NCBI RefSeq assembly: GCF_046119375.1
Contig: NW_027362765.1
Coordinates: 199,330,001 to 199,394,000, forward strand
Length of the DNA stretch: 64,000 nt
Reading direction: 5' to 3'
From: Phyllobates terribilis
Lineage: Eukaryota
Shown here: positions 1 to 10,459 of the stretch, piece by piece
How the letters are laid out: each line of letters begins with the position of its first letter
Numbering within the stretch: the stretch's first letter is position 1
Notes under the pieces: model-generated
Told to the model about the DNA's origin: nothing
Seen by the model: the letters and a program-made list of their open reading frames with translations, nothing else
The model's database searches: none
Position numbers and translations under genes: made by a program

Positions 1-498
1 GACAGCTTCTCAAAAAATCAGATCGGCAACTTTTTTCTTGGACGCATTAGAAAACCATAAAGATTTGAAGTGATGCATGTCTACAAACCATAATTCTGAT
101 ATGAAGACATTATTTGCATTCACTGGAACTCTAAAATGATAATCTAAATAACTTGTATGAGTTTCCCCGGCTTCCAAAAGAATCAGACGCAACTAATTTT
201 TTTTTTTTTTTTACGGTCAGGAAAAAAGTGCACTGTTTTCACCGACTGTCCAGGAATTTGGGGATGGTTGGCAACCCTGCTGGTCGGGCCGAGCACAGTC
301 CATATTTTATGGGTGTGAATTCACATGTCACATTCAAATCATATTTTAACAAAGCTGCATATTACAACAATTTGTGAGCAGACCCTAATAGCGTTATGAC
401 AATCGCTTAGATATGAAAAGGGTCCTGTGTTGTAATTAAGTGTTTTCCAATTAGTGCTCATTATGGTCAAATTGTCTACCTACGTGAATGGACCTTTA

Positions 499-956
499 GG
501 CCACGAATATTTGGTGACTTTTTTACCTCAGTATCTGTAAGCCAAATATAGGAGTGGGTGATAAATGCAGAATAGGGCGGCACGGTGGCTCAGTGGTTAG
601 CACTGTTGCTTTGCAGCACTGGGGTCCTGGGTTCAAATTCCACCAAGGACAACATCTGCAAGGAGTTTATATGTTCTCCCCGTGTTTGCATGGGTTTCCT
701 GCATGTTCTCCGGTTTCCTCCCACACTCCAAAGACATACTGATAGGGAATCTAGATTGTGTGCCCCGATGGGGACAGTGACAATAATGTATGTAAAGCGC
801 TGCAGAATATGTTAGCGCTATATAAAAATAAAGATTATTATTAGAATTGGTGACTTGTTTCTATTCTACTTTTCCTCTGATTGTTCCCCTCCTATATTTG
901 GCTTACAAATACTGAGGTAAAAAAAGTCACCAAATACTCAACGTGTGAACGTGGCC
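499..956. mobile_element. PIF/Harbinger-type MITE interrupted by a SINE
   Basis: Inverted termini GGCCAC...GTGGCC, long internal inverted arms (about 506-555 vs 888-938) and TTA on both flanks. Confidence 0.7.
574..842 (+). mobile_element. tRNA-derived SINE
   Basis: A box (TGGCTCAGTGG), B box (GGTTCAAAT), conserved body, (ATT)n tail, AGAAT at 569-573 and 843-847 as target-site duplication (TSD). Confidence 0.85.
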
Positions 957-2290
957 TTAGGGTTGCCCGACATGATGCCAGAAAGTTGACAATTGAAGTT
1001 TTGAACACATAGCGTCGAGTCATTTTGCGTACGGGGTTATGGATTGGCCAACAGTTGCTTCACCAAATACAGGGGTCATACAAGGCACACAAAAAGCTGC
1101 TGCATTGTGTCCTAGTTATTACCATAAAACCTTACTTGAAGCGACTGAATGCCAACTTTCCATTGGAGTAACAGTTGTCGTCATTGTGGTTATCAAGTGC
1201 CATTAACCAGTCGTCTTATGAGAACGTGAGGTAAAATCTGAGGATGATTAGTAGGTACGCGGCTTGTGGTACCGTTGTATCGTCACCTTCCAGCTCTTAT
1301 GCTGGACGTATTTCATTATACTCTCGCCCACAGCAATACTTGGGTATTCACATCATGAAGAAACTCCTTATTATGGGCTACACGTCCTGCGCTCCAGAAG
1401 ACTAAGAATCCTAGACCAGGATGAAAAGCTGTTTGTCAGAGGGTCCAGACTTTCCTCCGTTCAGCGCCAACTACTGTGAGCCTCTCTATAAGGGTTTTTT
1501 CACAACACATTAAAGCTTTTTTTTTTTTTTTTTTTTTTCTACATTTTACTTTTTATTCGGGTCTGTTCATCATATGGGCCAGGAGTATTTTCCAGCGGGT
1601 ACACACCAAATGTGACATGAGTAGCCCCCAACTCCTCCCCTGTATAACGTTAATCTCCGTGTTGTGCTTATATAGGTATGGTTGTGCAGCAGAGGGCTAC
1701 AAGGGGCGCATATAGGGTTAATATATCAAAGGGAAAGAATGTAAAAAAAAATCAAAGGATAAGCACAACTATGTGGATACATACCAATCCAGATCACTTG
1801 CTGCGATGTCCTGGTCCTTGGGATGAAGGTCTCTTTCATTGCCCCCATAAAGTATGATGCCAACAAAAGTGCCCCCCAAACGCAGTATGACACCCCCATG
1901 GTGAATTCTTCCACATTAGCCTCCACATACACAGTATAATGACCTTACTGTACCCCACCTCAACTCCTGATGCAAAGTATGGTGACCTCAACACAGTAAG
2001 ATCCCCCAACTGTGACCAACACACCGCCCTCCATTCAGTATAATTGGCCTACATACAGTATAATGGCCCCCACACTGTATAATGGCCTGCACTAGCCCTC
2101 CAAACAGTATAATGGCCACCACACAGTATGATGGACCCCACACAAACCTTCATGCTGTATAATTGCTTGCATAAAGTATAATGGCCCCCCACATAGCCCT
2201 CCAAATATTATAATGGCAATCCATAACCCTCCATATAGCATAATGCGCTCCCTATAGTCCTCCATACAATATAATGCACTCCTCATGGTC

Positions 2291-2470
2291 CTTCACAGGG
2301 TATAATGCACACTCCAAAAGGGTAAATTGCACACCTTCACAGGGTAAAATGCACACCCCAACAGGGTATATTGTACACCCCCACAGGGTAAAATGCACAC
2401 CCGACAGGGTGAAATGCACACCCCCACAGGGTAAAATGCACACCCTCACAGGGTAAAATGCACACACACA
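2291..2470. repeat. 21-22 bp minisatellite (CACCCCCACAGGGTAAAATGCA-like), about 8 copies
   Basis: Directly visible tandem units, preceded by degenerate related units from about 1840. Confidence 0.85.
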
Positions 2471-2721
2471 TATAGTATAATGCAGGCACAGTTCTCCAGT
2501 ATTATGGGCGCCACGTACTCACTGATTTTAAAATAAATACTTACCTCTCCTCCCAGTTCCCCGCTCCCACCTCCATCATTACTTTCGGCATCAGCTGATA
2601 CAGTTGAACGTGAAGAGGGGGCAGTGCTAGCTGGCCGGAGGAGGGAGGGCCCGGTGTGGGTGCTGACACCAGGGCCCCCCTGGCTCACGGGCCCCATGGC
2701 AGTCACGTGGCCTGCCACCAT

Positions 2722-2911
2722 TGGCGGTACGCCATTGGTCCTGGGGTAAAATCCCACCATGATCAGTATCTGCGAGGAGTTTGTACGTTCTCCCCGTGTT
2801 TGCGTGGGTTTCCTCCGGGTTCTCCGGTTTCCTCCCACACTCCAAAGATATACTGATAGGGAATGTAGATTGTGAGCCCCGATGGGGACAGCACTGATCA
2901 TGCATGTACTG
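2722..2911 (+). mobile_element. SINE body, split by the LTR element; tail resumes at 7680-7726
   Basis: Same body as 574-842. The tail after 7679 matches the tail of the copy at 43416-43673. Confidence 0.8.
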
Positions 2912-4124
2912 TGACGCGCCCCCTGGGCCAGTGTTGTTAGGGGGATACCCGGAGCCGGATCAGATGGGGGTTGTAGTCTCCGAGTGGCGGTGACCCGGTC
3001 CGTGCCCAGGGTGTCAAGCTCAGTGTGTGGCAGTCCTACAGATGTTGCTGGATGTTCTTTCGTGTCGACTACGCCACCCGTTGATTTGCGGTCAATACGG
3101 CCGCCGCTGCAGCAGGGTCCGCTGAGGCTGGTGGTGTGTGTGCAGCTTCTGGTGGTATAACCCCCAACGGGAGGGGTATAGCCTCAGGGGGTCAGTTGTG
3201 GAGGATGGTGGTGGTGAAGGTGCAGGATGAATCAGCAAGAAGACTCAGAGTCGGGCTGTGCAGTTCAGGGTTTTTACTTACTGCTGTTGTTCTGGTCACT
3301 CCGGCCTTGAGTGACCGCCCGAGCCGTGCTGCGTCCACCAGGTCCTGGACTCGGCCAACCCCCAGGTGATTCTGGAGCGTGGTCCTGAGCTCCCTCTCTG
3401 ACTTGTCCTTCTCTCTGGCCTTCCCCACCAGGGATCCACCTATGTCCGGCTCCCTCGGGCCTCTTGTTGGTAAAACCCTTGTCTCTGGGTTCCCTGACCC
3501 TATTCTTGGTTTGCCTTCCGGGTGGATTTAGTGGGTGGTCATGGCAGATCCTGCCCACGACCTCCGGTCTCTGGCTAAGGATTAGGGCCCTCCACCAGCT
3601 TGGGATCCGGTACCCTTGTGCCAACTCTTCACCCTCTGGTCTAATTTTGGGTTCTTGGAGTTCCCTCTTCTCCCCCTCTGGGTCCTTCTTTTCTCCTCTC
3701 TCTCACTTGGCCTTGGAGCTGGCTGAGCTGCTCTGCTCCTCTGACTCAACTCTGACAGACTGACCAAACCTCTACAAAAGACCCTGTTCTAAGATGGTTC
3801 CCACCTTATATACTCCCTCTATGTGTGAGCTCAGGTGACCAGCACCCAATGAGCTCCTAGCATTACCCAGACTGCTCCCCCTATCTGCCCCTACACTACT
3901 GGGATGTTCCACCCCCCTCCCACTCCAGCCAGGGACAGACACTGTCGTACCTGCACATTTCTCTAGTGGGAGTACCATTGGTCTGTCCCCCGGAAATGGG
4001 ATGTGTGTAGTGCATGCAGCCTACTGAGCTCAGTTCCACACTCCATCCTTACCCGGGAGTGGAATATCACACCTCTGGCTGAGGTGCAATACCCCTGTAG
4101 CAGCCGAATCCTCACGGTGCTACA
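2912..4124 (-). repeat. 3' LTR
   Basis: Direct repeat of 6462-7674 (offset 3550), about 5 substitutions noticed. TATATAA at 3806-3812 and AGTAAA at 3273-3278 on minus. Confidence 0.95.
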
Positions 4125-4135
4125 TTCCCCCCTGG
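4125..4135 (-). other. Polypurine tract
   Basis: CCAGGGGGGAA immediately before the TG of the 3' LTR. Confidence 0.8.
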
Positions 4136-4534
4136 TAAATCACAGCACGTCCTCGGGCTGTAAGAGAATAAACATCCAAAACACACAATTTTTTCATAAA
4201 ACATAAACATATAAAACAATATATATATCAGCATAAACTTTTCATAAATAACATTCTTGTTAACACTCTTGTTCCTCCGGCCACGGTGCAACTTGTGTAA
4301 AGTGCGACAGTCTCTTCAAGAAAAACAACAGTTTCCTATAAAACCGGTAGGGGGCGCCTTAGAAAGCGCAACTATATACAGGGGGAATATGGCCGCTCTC
4401 AGTCCTCGGCCAGGTAATGGGAATAGGGACACACGGGTTAACAGTTCACTCTTGTCCCAACGGGGACATATTTAAAGCAGCAACAGTTCACTTTTCCCCC
4501 GATGGGTAACTATTTACAGTCTCTTTACCGTACT

Positions 4535-6436
4535 TTAACGACGGCGTCCTCCTGCTCCTTCTTTATCTTCAGACCCGTTCGAGTCCTCTTGCTCCTCCTC
4601 ACACCGCAGCTCCTCCTCCGTCAGGCGATGCACATGGAGGGCGTAGGGTCCTTTGGCACATTTGTGCCGGGTGAACGTGACCTCGTCCCCTACGTACAGG
4701 TCACGACCTCTGTGTCCCTCCGGCAGATGGCTTTCTACGTCTCTGCGGGTTACAAAGACGTCGCCGGGGGTATGATGGTCTCTTATGAAGCCCCACCCAT
4801 GCTGCAGGTTGAATTTAATCACAGTCCCGGTGGTACGGGGACCATGAGCTGCACGGGGGTTCCTCCTGGTCCGGCTCTTCTGCCCTGCGCTCTGTTCTTG
4901 CAGCCGCTGCTCTCGGACCCGCCTCTCTCTCCGTTCTCGCTCGAAGTCTGCCAACTGCTGGCGGCAGCACTCCACACGCTCTGCTGCGGCTGCCCGCGTT
5001 TCTTGAGTGAACCCCATGAGATCTCCTCCGGTGGGGTCCCACTCGAACTGCGCCTCTTCCAGCGGGAGCGGGGTTCTCCTGACGGGCTTCGGAACCGGAA
5101 TCAGGGGCTCACCTAGGGGTCTTTCTTTCCGGAGTCGGGGATGGTGAAACTCCGGTGGCCACACAAAGGGCTGGCCATCCGGGCACGTATGCTGGGCGAA
5201 CAGGTCCTCACCCAGGTGCGGTACTTTAGGTGTTATGGGCGCTGTGGTGGTAGCGGCGCCCGGGTTGACCAGGCCTTGCGACCAGGCTTGGGGCACGCTA
5301 AAGGAAAAGGGCACCGTAAGAACGGCGGCGCCCGTGGTTACTCGGCCCTGCGACCAGGCTGGTGGCTCCTCGGAGGTAGGGGGCGCTGTTGGAATGGCGG
5401 CGCCCGGGTGTACTAGGCCTTGCGACCAGGCCGATGGTATTTCCTGCTTCGCCGTGCTCAGGGTCGAGGCGTATGACGTCACAGGGGTCGCGGCCGCGGC
5501 TTCTACTTGAGGCCTAGTCCGGCACGGTGACGATGCAGCGACGGGCATGGCAGGGGGAACTTCGGGCTCTGCGACGGGGAGCTGGGGCAGGCACGCGGTT
5601 TCCCAGCTCGGGGTAGAGACGTCCCCTTTACCTGCCTCCATTCGTTCAGCTCCCTTCTCGGCGCCGTCTCCGGCCTTGAGTCCTCCTGCACCATCCTCAG
5701 AGGCGGTCTGTCTCCTCGTCTCGGGTGGCGTGCTCCGCTGACGGGTTTCGGTCCGCTGAACCATCTCTCGGCTCCACTCCGCCAACGTCTCTCGCTGCAC
5801 CCGGGCCATCCTCCGTGCGAGGCCCTCCAGCGCAGTCTGTGCACACTCCCGGTCTCGGGGGAGCTGTGCCAGGACCTCCACTAGGCCTAGTGGGGTTGTG
5901 GCTTGTAGCAGGCTCCTGACCACTGGGTCGGTGCTGCCTGACTCTCCCTCCATCTCCGGGTAGGCTTTCTCAGGACTCCTCTCCAGACTTCTTGTCTCCG
6001 GGTGCGCTCTCTCCAGACTGCTCCAGGCTGCACCCATCTTTGCTCTCTTGTTCTGTCTCCGCCCACATTGAAGGTGGTCCCGGGGCAACTTTGTGATTGT
6101 CAGTTCCAGGGGCAGTTCTCTCACGCTGATGGACACTTCCAGCATCACAGTCTCTGTTGGTGGGCGCGGTTTCCGCTTTTGGCGCCATTCTTCGACCTGG
6201 CCCACGATGGGAGGTGGCCTCTTGCCACCCTCTGGCACGCCCATAATGGCGTCCGCTCTTCCAAGGCGGGAAATCTTTGGAAATGGCGGGAAAAAGCTGC
6301 AAATGGCGGACAACCGGCGGGAAACGACCTGTGATGGAGTCCGTTGGCGGGGACCCTCCAGAACCGGCGGGAGACTTCTTTTTGAGGTAACGGTGAACTT
6401 TTCTTCAGGCACGCAGTACCCGGTTGTTGCGGGCAC
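4535..6436 (-). CDS. Retroelement ORF (633 codons from GTG; first ATG 6244, strong-context ATG 6037) with a C-terminal cold-shock domain
   Basis: Intact ORF: helical N-terminal part, Pro/Ala-rich repeats, charged coiled-coil, then GTVIKFNLQHGWGFI..DVFV..DLYVGDEVTF..GPYALHV (CSD, about 4622-4834) and an acidic tail. Confidence 0.8.
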   Translation of the reverse strand: MPATTGYCVPEEKFTVTSKRSLPPVLEGPRQRTPSQVVSRRLSAICSFFPPFPKISRLGRADAIMGVPEGGKRPPPIVGQVEEWRQKRKPRPPTETVMLEVSISVRELPLELTITKLPRDHLQCGRRQNKRAKMGAAWSSLERAHPETRSLERSPEKAYPEMEGESGSTDPVVRSLLQATTPLGLVEVLAQLPRDRECAQTALEGLARRMARVQRETLAEWSREMVQRTETRQRSTPPETRRQTASEDGAGGLKAGDGAEKGAERMEAGKGDVSTPSWETACLPQLPVAEPEVPPAMPVAASSPCRTRPQVEAAAATPVTSYASTLSTAKQEIPSAWSQGLVHPGAAIPTAPPTSEEPPAWSQGRVTTGAAVLTVPFSFSVPQAWSQGLVNPGAATTTAPITPKVPHLGEDLFAQHTCPDGQPFVWPPEFHHPRLRKERPLGEPLIPVPKPVRRTPLPLEEAQFEWDPTGGDLMGFTQETRAAAAERVECCRQQLADFERERRERRVREQRLQEQSAGQKSRTRRNPRAAHGPRTTGTVIKFNLQHGWGFIRDHHTPGDVFVTRRDVESHLPEGHRGRDLYVGDEVTFTRHKCAKGPYALHVHRLTEEELRCEEEQEDSNGSEDKEGAGGRRR

Positions 6437-6439
6437 GTT

Positions 6440-6457
6440 ATCCTGCCGACTACGCCA
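6440..6457 (-). other. Primer binding site for tRNA-Ser
   Basis: TGGCGTAGTCGGCAGGAT is an 18-nt complement of the vertebrate tRNA-Ser(AGA/TGA) 3' end including CCA, 4 nt downstream of the 5' LTR. Confidence 0.92.
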
Positions 6458-6461
6458 AAGT

Positions 6462-7674
6462 TGACGCGCCCCCTGGGCCAGTGTTGTTTGGGGGATACCC
6501 GGAGCCGGATCAGATGGGGGTTGTAGTCTCCGAGTGGCGGTGACCCGGTCCGTGCCCAGGGTGTCAAGCTCAGTGTGTGGCAGTCCTACAGATGTTGCTG
6601 GATGTTCTTTAGTGTCGACTACGCCACCCGTTGATTTGCGGTCAATACGGCCGCCGCTGCAGCAGGGTCCGCTGAGGCTGGTGGTGTGTGTGCAGCTTCT
6701 GGTGGTATAACCCCCAACGGGAGGGGTATAGCCTCAGGGGGTCAGTTGTGGAGGATGGTGGTGGTGAAGGTGCAGGATGAATCAGCAAGAAGACTCAGAG
6801 TCGGGCTGTGCAGTTCAGGGTTTTTACTTACTGCTGTTGTTCTGGTCACTCCGGCCTTGAGTGACCGCCCGAGCCGTGCTGCGTCCACCAGGTCCTGGAC
6901 TCGGCCAACCCCCAGGTGATTCTGGAGCGTGGTCCTGAGCTCCCTCTCTGACTTGTCCTTCTCTCTGGCCTTCCCCACCAGGGATCCACCTATGTCCGGC
7001 TCCCTCGGGCCTCTTGTTGGTAAAACCCTTGTCTCTGGGTTCCCTGACCCTATTCTTGGTTTGCCTTCCGGGTGGATTTAGTGGGTGGTCGTGGCAGATC
7101 CTGCCCACGACCTCCGGTCTCTGGCTAAGGATTAGGGCCCTCCACCAGCTTGGGATCCGGTACCCTTGTGCCAACTCTTCACCCTCTGGTCTAATTTTGG
7201 GTTCTTGGAGTTCCCTCTTCTCCCCCTCTGGGTCCTTCTTTTCTCCTCTCTCTCACTTGGCCTTGGAGCTGGCTGAGCTGCTCTGCTCCTCTGACTCAAC
7301 TCTGACAGACTGACCAAACCTCTACAAAAGACCCTGTTCTAAGATGGTTCCCACCTTATATACTCCCTCTATGTGTGAGCTCAGGTGACCAGCACCCAAT
7401 GAGCTCCTAGCATTACCCAGACTGCTCCCCCTATCTGCCCCTACACTACTGGGATGTTCCACCCCCCTCCCACTTCAGCCAGGGACAGACACTGTCGTAC
7501 CTGCACATTTCTCTAGTGGGAGTACCATTGGTCTGTCCCCCGGAAATGGGATGTGTGTAGTGCATGCAGCCTACTGAGCTCAGTTCCACACTCCATCCTT
7601 ACCCGGGAGTGGAATATCACACCTCTGGCTGAGGTGCAATACCCCTGTAGCAGCCGAATCCTCAGGGTGCTACA
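6462..7674 (-). repeat. 5' LTR
   Basis: Direct repeat of 2912-4124, followed on minus by the PBS. Confidence 0.95.
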
Positions 7675-7904
7675 TACTGCACTGTGGAAATTAAAGGTGC
7701 TGTATAAGCAATGCATAATAAATAATATGTCAGTGCAAAGAAGAAGATGCATTAGTTGCCCATAGCAACCAATCAGATTGCAGATTTCATTATAGTGGCT
7801 GTGAACAATAAGGGGTGATAGGGTGCCATGAGCAACAGCTCCCCTTTTCCTTAGCGCCACTTTGCTAAGTGTCCAGCAGCACTGCCCTATGACGAGCCCT
7901 GGTG

Positions 7905-8000
7905 CAGGGGTGGGTGGTCCCCAATCAGTGCACAGCACCCTGCGGCACAGGTGGGGTGGGCCTTTAAATCCCGTCCAGTTGTGCTCAGCTCCCGCCTCCC
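7905..8000 (+). promoter_or_regulatory. Candidate Pol II promoter, possibly for GYG2
   Basis: GGGTGGG boxes, CCAAT at 7921, TTTAAA at 7963-7968, pyrimidine-rich Inr-like tract, then a GC/CpG-rich region to about 8340. No transcript evidence. Confidence 0.35.
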
Positions 8001-9577
8001 TGTCCGTCTCCTTGACTGTGCCCTTCCTGCAGCTCCACGCCGAGACGTCAGGGACCGGGGGAAGCGAGTGTGGCCGTGCCCTCCACGAATCCTGACGGCA
8101 AGGGCAGCTGGAGGACTCCTCACTGACAAGGTCTCCAGGGCTAATGGCGCCGAGGGTCCGTGCAATGCGGCCCCTCCGTACACCAGCGCTCTGCATCCTG
8201 AGGGTCGTCCCCCTCCATAGCCTCATAGGGGTCTGCAGCCACCATGGCACATGGAGATCTACATGGATCACACTGCACAGAGCCGGGGCTGCAGGTGGCA
8301 CAGGGCGAGGGGTGGGCGCTGCTACAGCCGGAGGGAGGACATAAGGCTTTTCTGGGGGGATTTGCTGAAATTGGAAGGGTGTTTGCTTAGATTTATTTCG
8401 CACAAGTCGTTCTGTAAATGAACTCTTTCCTGCGGTGGTGAATTTTCTATTTTGTTTTTCAGGGGTTTTTTATACCTGTTTTCCCAGAGGCATAACCCTA
8501 TGAGGGCTTGTTTTGTATGACACCATTCTAGATACCATGTAATACCCTGAAAAATGGGGAGAACAAAAAAATTCCAAAAGGGGTGAAGTGGTGGGTAGAA
8601 AAAACTACTTTTTGGGGTTCATCTTTACAGCCTTTATTATGTGGGAAAAAAATGTATGTTTTTTCCTCTTAGGTCATTGCAGTGATAGATAAGAGATTTT
8701 AAGTGGTTGTTGGAGGAAAAATTCAGCAGTATAAAACAGCAGGCATATGCAGTACCAGGAACTTACTCCAGTCAGGGTATGGAGTGAGATTTCTGGCATA
8801 TGGAAGACCACAGCTTCTCGCAAATTAAACAAGCTACGCCGTCCCGCCCAAGATCCTCCCATTTTAACGTAGCTGAGTTGAGCCAAGAAATTCTTGGCTT
8901 TTTCAAAGCTTTTATGCCACTTTTTGGGTGTATAAGTCTTGATGAATCGAGGCCCATAGCAATGTATTTCTGTGCCAGTTTTGTGCAGATTGCTCCAGCT
9001 GTTTCCTGTCCAGCAGAGGTGTAACTTGACACTCATGGGCTCCCACTTACAATGTGGTGTTTCTTCTGTGGCAGTGGGGTCTTGGATCCTCATAGAATAT
9101 GGGTACAACTAACACTGACTCTTTAGCTACACTCCTGCCTGCTATTGATCCTTATGGTTGCAAACAGTGAATGGAGATGTGGGCAACTATGGAGAAATGG
9201 CTCAAACATACGTTGTCACCAGGTGATTTGTTGGTGGTCCAGCAGTTGGGGCCCCCACTAATCTGTACAACTTTAGTCCTAGCTTGTGGCGAAGTCCTTA
9301 GACGTGAAGGCGTATTAGGATATGTCCACACACCATCCATTTTCAGAGTAATTGTGCTGCTATTGCTCTGGTTTCTGCTGTAAATACAGAAGATTAAATC
9401 CCCGGCACTAGTCACTGCGGCTCTTCTCTGGAGAAGATTGATACGATTTCATAAATCTCACCCCCTCGCTCGCTACTGTGATGGGTAGCAGATGTATGGA
9501 TGTACCCTTACGGAAACTGACAGGTGCTTGTCCTGCTGGAGACTTGCCCCTTTTAAGGGAATGCTGCCATTCATTCA

Positions 9578-10071
9578 TTAAAGGGGTTGTCTGGTACTTT
9601 TAAAAAAAAATAAATAAATAAATAATAATTTTATTTTTTTTTAATGATAAATAGAAGCTTCTTTTTAATTACCTTGCGCTGCTGATACTGCCTGTGAGCG
9701 GCGATATTGGTGTCAACACGTGACCCCCGGCTGCAGCCGGCGCTGACGTCATGACAAGTTGCAGCTGGGGGTCCCACTTCCGCGTTCCACTGGTGGCTGC
9801 TGAGTTGTGGGCTGGGTTATTCCCCTGCATCGCGCACGGTGGATGCTGGGTGTGACGTGGGGGAATAACCCAGCAGCCACCGTGGGGACCCCAGCGCTGA
9901 GTGACGCCTCACTTGTCGTGACGTGAGCGTGGGGTCACGTGTTGCCTGTGAGTGACCACCGATAGTGCCGCTCACAGGCAGTATCTGCAGCGCAAGGTTA
10001 TTAGAAAGAAGCTTGTATTTATCATTAAAACACACTGGCATTTTTTTAAAAGTACCAGACAACCCCTTTAA
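9578..10071. mobile_element. TTAA-flanked palindromic MITE (Kolobok/T2-like)
   Basis: TTAA-AGGGGTTGTC...GACAACCCCT-TTAA with long inverted arms. Confidence 0.8.
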
Positions 10072-10452
10072 CCTCTATGGAGGTGTGTGTGTGTGTGTGG
10101 CGCATAGACAATGCGGAGACAGGTTGGCAGACAATCGGGGTGACCGGCTGGAAGTGCATATATGAATACTCCCTATCAATAATATGATATATCTACCAAG
10201 CACACCAGCCCTGAAATGCCACGTGTGTGACTCGGGCTATGGCCCAGTATATGCCTCCTTTCTCACTCTCCCTCTGTTAACTGATTTACAGAAAGGAATG
10301 TGACAACTGTCATGTGACCTATTAATCATTAATGCTTTAACCCTTGTATGACCATTTATTTTTTTTGTTATGGTTTTAGAAGCAAGACTGATCTCCTATG
10401 TTGCCCGGTGGACTATAGATTTCTGCAGATACGGATTCATAGGCTCTTCAGC

Positions 10453-10459
10453 ATGCCTG
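10453..10459 (+). CDS. GYG2: GYG2 first coding exon (ATG CCT G; exon 10380-10459)
   Basis: 7-nt coding end followed by GTAAGT, acceptor TTTTAG at 10379, phase fits the next exon. Confidence 0.75.

Larger units (their letters stand above)
2912..7674 (-). mobile_element. Complete non-autonomous (pol-less) Gypsy-related LTR retrotransposon
   Basis: Two 1213-bp LTRs (TGTAG...GTCA on minus), 5-bp TSD TACTG (2907-2911 and 7675-7679), tRNA-Ser PBS, PPT, and a 2.3-kb interior with one long ORF and no protease, RT or integrase motifs. Confidence 0.95.

Noticed and set aside
574-650. tRNA gene-like A and B boxes
   Set aside because: This is the head of a SINE and continues into the SINE body and tail. 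No cloverleaf is present.
1264-1479. 71-aa ORF
   Set aside because: Non-ATG start, no motif and no supporting splice structure.
2291-2470. CRISPR-like repeat array
   Set aside because: Contiguous minisatellite units without unique spacers, in a eukaryotic context.
3106-3187. HDV-like ribozyme interpretation of the LTR pseudoknot
   Set aside because: No P3 helix or P1.1 can form in the 11-nt loop on either strand, and there is no catalytic C-x-R-A J4/2 segment.
3136-3978. Multiple 60-116 aa ORFs duplicated at +3550
   Set aside because: They lie inside the LTRs and recur only because the LTR is repeated.
7513-8403. 296-aa minus-strand ORF
   Set aside because: It runs through a GC-rich promoter-like tract, MITE and SINE remnants and into the LTR, with no recognisable domain. 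It is probably a chance ORF.
8674-9108. 144-aa minus-strand ORF with a GTAAGT donor near 8767
   Set aside because: No family could be recognised in any frame. It could be an unannotated exon or decayed TE, and needs BLASTX or RNA-seq.
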